64,000 nt of DNA from Polaromonas sp. (GCA_031414215.1 JANNVB010000049.1:14862-78861), one strand, 5' to 3'. Shown: positions 54,902 through 63,119, numbered from the stretch's first letter. Notes: generated by a model not told the origin, from the sequence alone. Numbers and translations are program-made.

Positions 54902-57900
54902 TTAATGAAAATCACGACTGGGCGTACCCAGCCGACCCAGCAGGGGCGACAAGTCCTCCAGGCTGGCGGCAATCAGGTTACGTACTTTGCCAAAGCCTTC
55001 AGGCGCGCCGTCTTCTTCACTGCGCTGCCATGTGCCGTACACGGCCAACAGCCGGGCATGCAGCACCTCAGCGCGCTGGGTTTGCCGCAATGACTTCCAG
55101 ACAATCACATTGATCGACCCGGTTTCGTCTTCAAGGGTGAGGAACATCGTGCCTTTGGCGGTTGAGGGCTGCTGGCGCAGCGTGACGATACCGCAGGCGG
55201 CGACGTCTTCGCCATCGGGCAGTGCGTTGAGCTGCGCGGCGGTTAAAAAGCCTTTTTCAGCCAGGCGTGAGCGCAGCAGTGCCAGCGGGTGGCGGCGCAG
55301 CGTGAGGCCGGTGGCGCGGTAGTCGAACAAAATGTTTTCACCCTCGGGCGTGTCTGGCAGGTCGAGTGCCGCCTCGTGCGTGGGCACGGCTTTTAGCAGC
55401 AGTGGCTGCGGTTTGATGGCTGCTGCTTGCCACACCTGCTGCCTGCGGTGGCCGGCCAGCGGGGCGAGTGCATCGGCGGCGGCCAGGGCGTTGACCTCTA
55501 AGGTGCCGAGCTGGGCGCGCAGGCAGAGGTCTTCAACACTGGTGAATGCGGCTTGGCTTCTGGCGGTCAGGATGCGGTCAACCGTGGTCTCGCTCAGGCC
55601 GCTGACCAGGCGCAGCCCCAGGCGAATGGCGGGCTGGTTGGGGCGTATGCCGGGGTAGGCTGCATCAGGTTCACGCAAAACCGCATTTGCCTCAAGGGTG
55701 CAGTCCCAGGCGCTTTGGGTGATGTCGATGGCTCGTACGTCAACCCCGTGCCTGCGGGCGTCTTGCATCAGTTGCGACGGTGAATAAAACCCCATCGGCT
55801 GGGAGTTGACGAGTGCAGCAAAAAAACAGGCGGGTTCATGGCATTTGAGCCAGCAACTGACATACACCAGCTTGGCAAAGCTGGCGGCGTGGCTTTCAGG
55901 AAAACCGTATTCGCCAAAGCCTTCAATCTGCTTGAAGATGTTGTCGGCAAAGCTGCGCTCATAGCCGCGCTCAACCATGCGGCCCACCAGCCGGTCGTAA
56001 AACCGCTTGACGCCGCCCTTTCGCTTCCAGGCGGCCATGGAGCGGCGCAGGTCATCGGCCTCGCCAGCGGTAAAGTCAGCCGCCACCATGGCGATTTGCA
56101 TGACCTGCTCTTGAAATATCGGCACGCCCAGGGTGCGGCCCAGGGCGCGGCGCAGCTCTTCATTGGGGTAGGTTTCAAGCTGCGGGTTGGCGCGGCGTTT
56201 GAGGTAAGGGTGCACCATGCCGCCTTGAATCGGCCCGGGCCGCACGATGGCGACTTCAACCACCAGGTCGTAAAAGCAGCGCGGTTTGAGGCGCGGCAGC
56301 ATGCTCATTTGCGCCCGGCTTTCGATTTGAAACACGCCCACCGTATCGGCCTGGCAAATCATGTCGTAGGTTTGCTCGTCGCCTGACGGGATCTGGTGCA
56401 TCTCCAGGCGCCCACCGCGCCACTGGTCAATCAGCTGCAAGCTGCGCCGAATGGCCGACAACATGCCGAGCGCCAGCACATCAACTTTCAGCAGACCCAT
56501 CGCGTCCAGGTCGTCTTTGTCCCACTGAATGATGCGCCGCGCCTCCATGGTGGCGGGCTGAATCGGCACCAGCCGTGTCAGCTTGGATTGCGTCAGCACA
56601 AAGCCGCCCACATGCTGGCCCAAGTGGCGCGGGAAACCGAGCAATTGCACCGTCAGGTCCAGCCACTGCAAGATCGGGCCAGCGTCTTTTGCTTCGTTGA
56701 TATTGGCTTCTTGCAGGCGCTGAGCCAGCAGGCCGCTGCCGTCAAACCAGAAGTTTTCTTTGGCAAACTGCTCAATCATTTCAGGTGCAATACCGAGTGC
56801 CTTTCCCACATCACGAATGGCGCTGCGGGGCCGGTAGCAGGTGACGGTGGCGGCTATTGCCGCGCGGTCATGGCCGTATTTGGCGTAGATGTACTGAATC
56901 ACTTCTTCACGCCGTTGGTGCTCAAAGTCAACATCAATGTCGGGCGGCTCTTTGCGTTCGCGGCTGATAAAGCGTTCAAACAGCAATTGGCTTTCAGCCG
57001 GGTTGACCGCCGTGATGCCGAGGCAAAAGCACACCGCCGAATTGGCCGCAGAGCCGCGCCCCTGACACAAAATGCCCTGCTCGCGCGCAAAGCGGACGAT
57101 GTCATGCACGGTGATGAAATACATCTCGTAGTGCAGCTCTTCAATCAGGGCGAGTTCATGCGCCAGCTGGGTGCTGATTTGTGCGGGCACACCGCCCGGG
57201 TAGCGCTGGGCTGCGCCATCGCCTGTCAGGCGGCGCAGGCAGTTGGCGGGGGTTTCTTGTGTGGCGGCGATCTCGCCCAGCGGGTAGCGGTAAAGGTCAC
57301 GAATTTCGTTCAGGTTAAACGTGCAGCGCGACGCGACAACCAGGGTGGCTGCCAGCAGCTCGGGCGGGTACAAGCTGGCCAGCCGCATGCGGGGCCGCAA
57401 ATGCGCCTCAGCGTTGGGCTGCAGGGCAAAGCCGCAGTCGTGGACGGTTTTACTCAGCCCAATGGCGGTGAGGACGTCGTGCAGCGGCTTGCGTGATCGC
57501 ACATGCATGCGCACGTCCCCGCAAGCGAGAAGCGGCACGCCGGTTTGCTGGCTGAGTACCTGCAATTGCTGCAGGCGCAGCGCGTCGTCCAGCCCTTGCA
57601 GCAGCTCGACGCCAAGCCACATATGGGCGCTTTTTTGGGTATTAAAAAGGCCTTTTAACCAATGAATACGGGCGCAAGCAGCTTCTGTATTGATAGCACC
57701 TTGCACCAGGCAGACAATGACCTCACAGTGCTTCAGAATCGACAAGTCTGTACTTGGCGTGACCAAATAGCTGCCTTTTTCCACGGCATCGCCTGCGGCT
57801 CTGGCTTGGGTAATAAATTCGCACAGGTTGCCCCAGCCGCTGGCGTTGTGCGGCAACACCACCAGGCGAAAAGGCGAGTCACACGACACCCAAAACTCGG

Positions 57901-58099
57901 CTCCCGGCAGCAGCTGAATGCCGCATTTTTCAGCCTCGCCATGGGCCCGCACCACACCGGCGACCGAACATTCGTCTGTCATCGCGATGGCTTTGTAGCC
58001 CAGGGCGTGGGCGCGCGCTACCAGCTCCTCAGCGTGCGACGCGCCGCGCTGAAAGCTGAAATTGCTCAGCACATGGAGTTCAGCGTATTCCGGAAGCAT
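54902..58099 (-). CDS. dnaE2: error-prone DNA polymerase DnaE2 (ImuC)
   Basis: ATG 58099 gives MLPEYAELHVLSNFSFQRGAS (PHP domain), then the Pol III alpha core. 1-nt TAATG overlap with imuB. Carries one repeat in frame. Confidence 0.9.
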   Translation of the reverse strand: MLPEYAELHVLSNFSFQRGASHAEELVARAHALGYKAIAMTDECSVAGVVRAHGEAEKCGIQLLPGAEFWVSCDSPFRLVVLPHNASGWGNLCEFITQARAAGDAVEKGSYLVTPSTDLSILKHCEVIVCLVQGAINTEAACARIHWLKGLFNTQKSAHMWLGVELLQGLDDALRLQQLQVLSQQTGVPLLACGDVRMHVRSRKPLHDVLTAIGLSKTVHDCGFALQPNAEAHLRPRMRLASLYPPELLAATLVVASRCTFNLNEIRDLYRYPLGEIAATQETPANCLRRLTGDGAAQRYPGGVPAQISTQLAHELALIEELHYEMYFITVHDIVRFAREQGILCQGRGSAANSAVCFCLGITAVNPAESQLLFERFISRERKEPPDIDVDFEHQRREEVIQYIYAKYGHDRAAIAATVTCYRPRSAIRDVGKALGIAPEMIEQFAKENFWFDGSGLLAQRLQEANINEAKDAGPILQWLDLTVQLLGFPRHLGQHVGGFVLTQSKLTRLVPIQPATMEARRIIQWDKDDLDAMGLLKVDVLALGMLSAIRRSLQLIDQWRGGRLEMHQIPSGDEQTYDMICQADTVGVFQIESRAQMSMLPRLKPRCFYDLVVEVAIVRPGPIQGGMVHPYLKRRANPQLETYPNEELRRALGRTLGVPIFQEQVMQIAMVAADFTAGEADDLRRSMAAWKRKGGVKRFYDRLVGRMVERGYERSFADNIFKQIEGFGEYGFPESHAASFAKLVYVSCWLKCHEPACFFAALVNSQPMGFYSPSQLMQDARRHGVDVRAIDITQSAWDCTLEANAVLREPDAAYPGIRPNQPAIRLGLRLVSGLSETTVDRILTARSQAAFTSVEDLCLRAQLGTLEVNALAAADALAPLAGHRRQQVWQAAAIKPQPLLLKAVPTHEAALDLPDTPEGENILFDYRATGLTLRRHPLALLRSRLAEKGFLTAAQLNALPDGEDVAACGIVTLRQQPSTAKGTMFLTLEDETGSINVIVWKSLRQTQRAEVLHARLLAVYGTWQRSEEDGAPEGFGKVRNLIAASLEDLSPLLGRLGTPSRDFH
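57641..57697 (-). repeat. Family-A repeat inside the dnaE2 ORF (in frame)
   Basis: attaaaaaggccttttaaCCAATGAATACGGGCGCAAGCAGCttctgtattgatagc. Read on the minus strand as GAINTEAACARIHWLKGLFN. Confidence 0.85.
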
Positions 58100-59505
58100 T
58101 ACGCAAAGACTCCTTGCAAATACCACTCGCGCTGGTTTTGGTCACGTTCAGCCAACGCCAGGCGCTCGCTGTAAATCCAAAGCAACACACCCTGCCGGTT
58201 GCGGTAAATAAAGTAGTCGCGCAGTGCTGGCGCGATGTCAGCCTGGTCAGCAAGCAGCCAGCCAGTGGCCTCCAGACGCTGCGGCCCGGCCAGTTTGTGC
58301 AGCGGGCCCTGGTACACCGGGCTGCCCGCCACGGCGGCAAGCTTCAAAGGCACGGCCAGCAGCCAGGAGGGGTATAAAACACCGTTTTCAAGCCTGTTTT
58401 CAGTGTCTTTTAGGCCTTTTGACCAATGAATACGGGCGCAAGCAGCTCCTGATTTAATAGCGTTTGTTGTGCTGACTGCATTCTGCCAGCGCTGCATTTG
58501 CTCCGGCCGGTGGTCTGCACAGGCTTGCCAGGTTTGCACTTGTGCAGCGCCCAGCCGTGCGCTTAAACGCTCGATCAGTTGCAGCGCGCTGTCGCCCTGC
58601 TGTTTGTCCTCTGGCAGCAAGCTGGTGGTTGCGAGTGCACAGGCGCACAGCTTTTCGGTCACCAGCGACTGCAAGCCAATGGTGTGCACGGGGGCAGCCA
58701 GGGTTTGCTGGTTCAGCCGCTCGGTGATCAGCCGCGCCACATGCCGCAGGTCTTGCGCGTTGTTGGCTGATCGAACCACCAACTCGCCAGTTGCCGCCCC
58801 GCCCCGGCGTTTGTCAAAGTGCCAAATGATTTTTAGTGCCGTCAAACCGCTCTGGCGGCCCAGCAGCCAGGCCTGCAATTGCGCCAAGAGTTGCGACACA
58901 CCGGCCATCAACGCTGGGGCATGCACCACCAGCGCATCAAGCTCGAGCTTTTCATCAAACTGCTCGGGCAGTTGCAGCCAGGTATAGCTGTCGGGCAGCA
59001 CGCCCCGAGCCCGGTCCAGTGCGGCCAGCAGCGGCGCGCCAAAGCGGCGGGCCACGCCGTCGCGCGGCAGCTTGAGCAGGTCGTCCCAGGTGCGGCAACC
59101 CATGCGTTCGAGCACGTCCAGGTGCGGGCGAGCGGCGCTTAAAGTGTGCATCGGCATGTCGGCTACCCGGCCAGCGGGCTGCACTGGCTGGCCGCGCTGC
59201 AAGCGCAAGCGCCCGAGTGCTATTAATGATGTAGCGCCTTGCGCCCGTATATATTGGGCTAGAGGCATATTTAATGCTAAAAACTGCTGCAATTGCTGCT
59301 CTAGCAGGGCCAAGAGCTTGCGCAAACCACCAAACAGCCGCAAGCTGCCGGAGACTTCCATCACCACGGCTTCGTCGAGCAGGGCCACGCGCGGGGTAAA
59401 ACCCAGCGCAATGGCGCTGATGGCCCGCTGCAAGGCGGCGTCGTCCATCAGCATGGGCTCAGTGAAGGACTCAGTGGATGAGGCTTGTAACGCGATCCAG
59501 CGCAT
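58099..59505 (-). CDS. imuB: Y-family-polymerase-like ImuB
   Basis: MRWIALQ... start. Sits between imuA and dnaE2 in the canonical cassette order. Carries two repeats in frame. Confidence 0.8.
   Translation of the reverse strand: MRWIALQASSTESFTEPMLMDDAALQRAISAIALGFTPRVALLDEAVVMEVSGSLRLFGGLRKLLALLEQQLQQFLALNMPLAQYIRAQGATSLIALGRLRLQRGQPVQPAGRVADMPMHTLSAARPHLDVLERMGCRTWDDLLKLPRDGVARRFGAPLLAALDRARGVLPDSYTWLQLPEQFDEKLELDALVVHAPALMAGVSQLLAQLQAWLLGRQSGLTALKIIWHFDKRRGGAATGELVVRSANNAQDLRHVARLITERLNQQTLAAPVHTIGLQSLVTEKLCACALATTSLLPEDKQQGDSALQLIERLSARLGAAQVQTWQACADHRPEQMQRWQNAVSTTNAIKSGAACARIHWSKGLKDTENRLENGVLYPSWLLAVPLKLAAVAGSPVYQGPLHKLAGPQRLEATGWLLADQADIAPALRDYFIYRNRQGVLLWIYSERLALAERDQNQREWYLQGVFA
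58408..58461 (-). repeat. Family-A repeat inside the imuB ORF (in frame)
   Basis: ttttaggccttttgaCCAATGAATACGGGCGCAAGCAGCtcctgatttaatagc. Read on the minus strand as AIKSGAACARIHWSKGLK. Confidence 0.85.
59219..59275 (+). repeat. Family-A repeat inside the imuB ORF (in frame, opposite orientation)
   Basis: gctattaatgatgtagcGCCTTGCGCCCGTATATATTGGgctagaggcatattt. Read on the minus strand as PLAQYIRAQGATSLIAL. Confidence 0.8.
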
Positions 59506-60256
59506 GAAGCGGCTTTCGGAGCAGGTCAGACAAATCGATATAAGGCGTTTGCACTGGTACGGGCAGGCTTTGGCGGTGGCTGGGCCTTTGGCTGGCGGCT
59601 AAAAAGGCTGCTAGCCGCTGCGGCCGTGTATCAAGCAGCACGGGCGCGGCCAGTGGCGGGCCACGGCGCTTGAAAACATCGACCAGCAGATGGCCGCTGC
59701 TGGTTGCAGCTTGTAATAGCAAACGCAATGGCGCCGGAGACGATTCGTGCTGCGCCCGCTGCAGCCTGAAAACAAACAACAGCTTGTTGTGGGTGTGGGC
59801 CGCAATTTGCAGGCGGCGCAAGTGGGCGCTGCGCGCATCGGGCAGCCAGGCCACGACGGCGCCCACGTCAGCGCATTGCAGTGCCTCGCGGGTGGCCCAC
59901 AACAGCGCGGGGGCATCGTTTTTTTCAGCGTGGATACGCAGCAGGCGCTGCATGTCCAGCGCTTGCGCGGCCAGCGATGGGGCAAACGGGACATGCGGCG
60001 CGCCAACCAGCACTGTCCAGCCACGCGCCTGTGTTTTTTGCATGGCCGCCAAGGCAGGCAACAGCAAACCCCATTCATGCAGCCCCGCCTGCGACTGCAG
60101 CAGCTCGGTCAGGCTGGCACGCGGCCAACCGCCGCCGGGCAACACGCTGTCAAGCGCGGCGTAACCGGTCGCCACGGTTTGCTGGCTGTTGCCGCCCAGC
60201 TCACCGGCGCGCCAGACATGCGCCAGATGGGCGGAATCAATGAGTAAGGGAGACAA
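59471..60256 (-). CDS. imuA: ImuA (RecA/SulA-like) translesion-synthesis accessory protein
   Basis: ...VWRAGELG...TGYAALDSVLPGGGWPRASLTELL... is typical of ImuA. TTG start at 60256 (no ATG is available). First gene after the LexA box. Confidence 0.75.
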   Translation of the reverse strand: MSPLLIDSAHLAHVWRAGELGGNSQQTVATGYAALDSVLPGGGWPRASLTELLQSQAGLHEWGLLLPALAAMQKTQARGWTVLVGAPHVPFAPSLAAQALDMQRLLRIHAEKNDAPALLWATREALQCADVGAVVAWLPDARSAHLRRLQIAAHTHNKLLFVFRLQRAQHESSPAPLRLLLQAATSSGHLLVDVFKRRGPPLAAPVLLDTRPQRLAAFLAASQRPSHRQSLPVPVQTPYIDLSDLLRKPLHALDRVTSLIH

Positions 60257-60289
60257 AATGGGTGTCAGAGCAGGTTGGCACTGTCAAAA

Positions 60290-60309
60290 TACTGTTTATA
60301 TGTACAGTA
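60290..60309. promoter_or_regulatory. LexA (SOS) box
   Basis: TACTGTTTATATGTACAGTA is a perfect CTGT-N8-ACAG palindrome, 34 nt upstream of the imuA start. Confidence 0.85.
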
Positions 60310-60469
60310 TTTTGCCTGATTTGACAATATTTACAACCGCTCTTGAGGCCGCTTGGACAGGGTGTCAGGCGCTATGTTTTTTTACAGCTTGCCGGGCTGG
60401 CTTGGCCAGTTAACCCGGCACGCTGGGCAAGCCAGCATGGCGACAAGCCATGTATGAATGACGCTTTTC

Positions 60470-60508
60470 GCTATAGATTTAATAGCTGCTTGCGCCCGTA
60501 TTTATTGG
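60470..60508 (+). repeat. Family-A repeat, solo end abutting or overlapping the icd stop codon
   Basis: gctatagatttaatagcTGCTTGCGCCCGTATTTATTGG. The icd stop TAA (60504-60502, minus strand) is the TAA inside CCAATAAAT. Confidence 0.85.
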
Positions 60509-62067
60509 CCTTGACCCAAAGCAAAGCCTGCCTCGCCGTCAAAAGCGCAGAGGTTTTCCATCTTGATAAAGTCCAGCCCCAAGCCATGAACGGCTTGCAG
60601 CAGCGCAATGATGTCCAGGTGCGAGGTGTTGGCCGCAGCGCCTGCCTTGTCAACACCCATGAAACGGCAGCGCCAGTGGTCGGTACAAAAGGTTTCGTCA
60701 AAGCCATTGGGCCAAACTTTGACGCCCCGGTTTGTCACCATCTGCAACTGAAAGCCCAAGCCGTCATGCGATGCCAGCATGGCCAGCATTTTTGCAGCCA
60801 GCTCGTTAGGTTGGGTGTTGGATGGCGCATGCAGAAAAATGTCTACGCCAACGATTGTTTTCAGGGCGGGTTTGCGAGCTGGTTTGGGGCTGCTGGCCTT
60901 TTTAGGTGCGGGTTGAACTTGCATTGCATAGTTGACGGCTGCGAGCTGGCGCGGTGTGCGGCCCATCCGGGCAATCACCGCATCGGTAAAGGCTTGTGTG
61001 CCCACCGCTTGTTTTTCTTCATGCGTATTGCGCATCAAGTCGGCCGTCAATATGCCGTCTTCAAGCGTGGCCAGCAAGGCGTTGTGGATTCGGGTGGCTG
61101 CATCGACCTGGCCAATGTGAACCAGCATCATCACCGCACCCAGCAGCAGGCCGGCCGGGTTGGCCATGTCGCGCCCGGCAATGTCGGGGGCGCTGCCGTG
61201 AATGGCCTCAAACATGGCGACATGTTCACCAATGTTGGCGCTGCCGCCCAGGCCAACGCTGCCCGTCAACTCGGCGGCCACGTCAGAAATAATGTCGCCG
61301 TACAGGTTGGGCGTGACGATGACGTCAAAGTCGCCGGGGCGAGTGGCCAGCCGGGCTGTACCAATGTCAATGATCATGTGGTCAGCCGCAATTTGCGGAT
61401 ATTCAGCGCGAATCTCGTCAAACACCTTGTGAAACAGGCCGTCTGTCATCTTCATGATGTTGTCTTTGGTCATGCAGGTGACTTTTTTGCGGCCATGCGC
61501 CAGCGCGTACTCAAAGGCATAGCGCACGATTTTTTCGCAGCCCGGGCGGCTGATCAGCTTTAAGCATTGCACCACGTCATCGGTTTGCCGATGCTCAATG
61601 CCAGCGTACAGGTCTTCTTCGTTTTCCCGAACGATCACCACGTCCATACCGGGGTGAGGCGTGGCCACAAACGGGTGGTAGCTGGCGCAAGGCCGCACAT
61701 TGGCATACAGGCCCAGCGTTTTGCGAATCGTGACATTCAGGCTTTTGTAGCCACCCCCCGAAGGAGTGGTGATGGGGGCTTTCAAAAACACCTTGGTGCG
61801 GCGCAGGCTGTCCCAAGCCGCAGGGGCGATACCAGAGGTGTTTCCGCTCAGGTAAATTTGCTCCCCAATGTGGATGTTTTCAGGCGCTAGTAGCGCACCG
61901 CCAGCCTCAAGAATACGCAAGGTGGCTTGCATGATTTCTGGGCCAATGCCGTCACCACTGGCCACGGTGATGGGCGTGCGCAACTGGCCGCCAGAGGCTG
62001 GTTTGGGCACTGCCATGGGCTTGGGCTGAAGAGTGTGGCTGGCTGGTATTAGGTCAAGGACTTGCAT
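60502..62067 (-). CDS. icd: isocitrate dehydrogenase (NADP), long form with an extra C-terminal domain
   Basis: Isocitrate/isopropylmalate DH core (ITVASGDGIGPEI, NLYGDIISDVAAELTGSVGLGGSANIG, EAIHGSAPDIAG). This is followed by a Lys/Pro-rich linker and a ~130-aa extra domain. ATG 62067 (alternative 62016; the track TTG at 62115 is rejected). Confidence 0.75.
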   Translation of the reverse strand: MQVLDLIPASHTLQPKPMAVPKPASGGQLRTPITVASGDGIGPEIMQATLRILEAGGALLAPENIHIGEQIYLSGNTSGIAPAAWDSLRRTKVFLKAPITTPSGGGYKSLNVTIRKTLGLYANVRPCASYHPFVATPHPGMDVVIVRENEEDLYAGIEHRQTDDVVQCLKLISRPGCEKIVRYAFEYALAHGRKKVTCMTKDNIMKMTDGLFHKVFDEIRAEYPQIAADHMIIDIGTARLATRPGDFDVIVTPNLYGDIISDVAAELTGSVGLGGSANIGEHVAMFEAIHGSAPDIAGRDMANPAGLLLGAVMMLVHIGQVDAATRIHNALLATLEDGILTADLMRNTHEEKQAVGTQAFTDAVIARMGRTPRQLAAVNYAMQVQPAPKKASSPKPARKPALKTIVGVDIFLHAPSNTQPNELAAKMLAMLASHDGLGFQLQMVTNRGVKVWPNGFDETFCTDHWRCRFMGVDKAGAAANTSHLDIIALLQAVHGLGLDFIKMENLCAFDGEAGFALGQGQ

Positions 62068-62171
62068 GATGCTTCCGTAAAGTGAGGTGATGAACAGGCT
62101 TGACTGTGGCAGCAAAATACCGCTGCGTATAATGATGTTTATTCATGTTTTATATAGATAAAATGTAATGT

Positions 62172-63119
62172 ATGAAACTTGTCCATAAACTCCCTAGAGC
62201 ATCTTTTGCGCAATTGCGCAGTTTTGATGCCGTTGCGCGCTTGGGCGGCATCACCAAAGCGGCCCAAGCGCTGATGCTGACGCAGCCCACGGTGTCCACC
62301 CAGATGCGTGAGCTGGCAGACGGGCTGGGCGTGGCGTTGCTGGCCCCCGCTGGGCGGGGTGTTCGCCTGACAGATGCTGGCCATGCGCTGCTGCGTACCA
62401 CCACCCAATTGTTTGACGTGTGGCGCAATTTTGAAGACGAAGCCAGCAGTTTGCGCGGCATGCTCAGTGGTTCTCTGCGCATTGCGGGCGTAACCACCAC
62501 TGAGTATTTTTTGGCGCAATGGCTCAAACCTTTTCTTGCCAGCCACCCGGGGATTGACGTGGACCTGGTGGTGGACAACCGCGACGCCATCGTCAAACGG
62601 CTGGAAGGCGGGGCAGACGATCTGGTCGTCATGATGATGCCGCCTGCACACCTGGCGCTTGAACGAATTGCCGTGATGCAAAACCCGCTGGTGGTGATTG
62701 GCCCTGTGGGGCACCCCTGGCAACATCGCCGCAGTGTGCCGCTCAAGCTGCTGGATGACGCTGACCTGTTGATGCGGGAGGCGGGCTCAGGAACGCGACA
62801 AGCGGCGCTTGATTTTTTTGCCGCACGCGGCATCGCGCCGCGCCTGCGAATGGCGCTGGGCAGCAACGAGGCCGTCAAGCATGCGGTGGCTGCCGGCTTG
62901 GGCTTGTCGGTTGTGTCGCGCCACGTGCTGGCCGCTGACCCGACACGCGAAGGCCTGTGCGTGCTGCCTGTGCGCGGCTTTCCGATTCAGCGTGACTGGT
63001 ACGCGGTGTGGCGCAAAGACCGCCGCTTGCCTCACGTTGCGGCTGCTTTTTTGAGTTTTGTGCAAACTGCTGAGCCGTACGACGCATCATCATCACGCCC
63101 GAAAGACAAGAAGAGTTGA
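62172..63119 (+). CDS. LysR-family transcriptional regulator
   Basis: ASFAQLRSFDAVARLGGITKAAQALMLTQPTVSTQMRELAD HTH. Divergent from icd. Confidence 0.85.
   Translation: MKLVHKLPRASFAQLRSFDAVARLGGITKAAQALMLTQPTVSTQMRELADGLGVALLAPAGRGVRLTDAGHALLRTTTQLFDVWRNFEDEASSLRGMLSGSLRIAGVTTTEYFLAQWLKPFLASHPGIDVDLVVDNRDAIVKRLEGGADDLVVMMMPPAHLALERIAVMQNPLVVIGPVGHPWQHRRSVPLKLLDDADLLMREAGSGTRQAALDFFAARGIAPRLRMALGSNEAVKHAVAAGLGLSVVSRHVLAADPTREGLCVLPVRGFPIQRDWYAVWRKDRRLPHVAAAFLSFVQTAEPYDASSSRPKDKKS

Noticed and set aside
56396-57496. 366-aa plus-strand ORF antisense to dnaE2. Similar cases: 60343-61563 antisense to icd, 42972-43853 and 42187-42867 antisense to tex, 21145-21846 antisense to the acylase, and 62139-62878 antisense to the LysR gene.
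   Set aside because: All are GC-driven antisense ORFs with biased composition, and all lie inside strongly supported genes.
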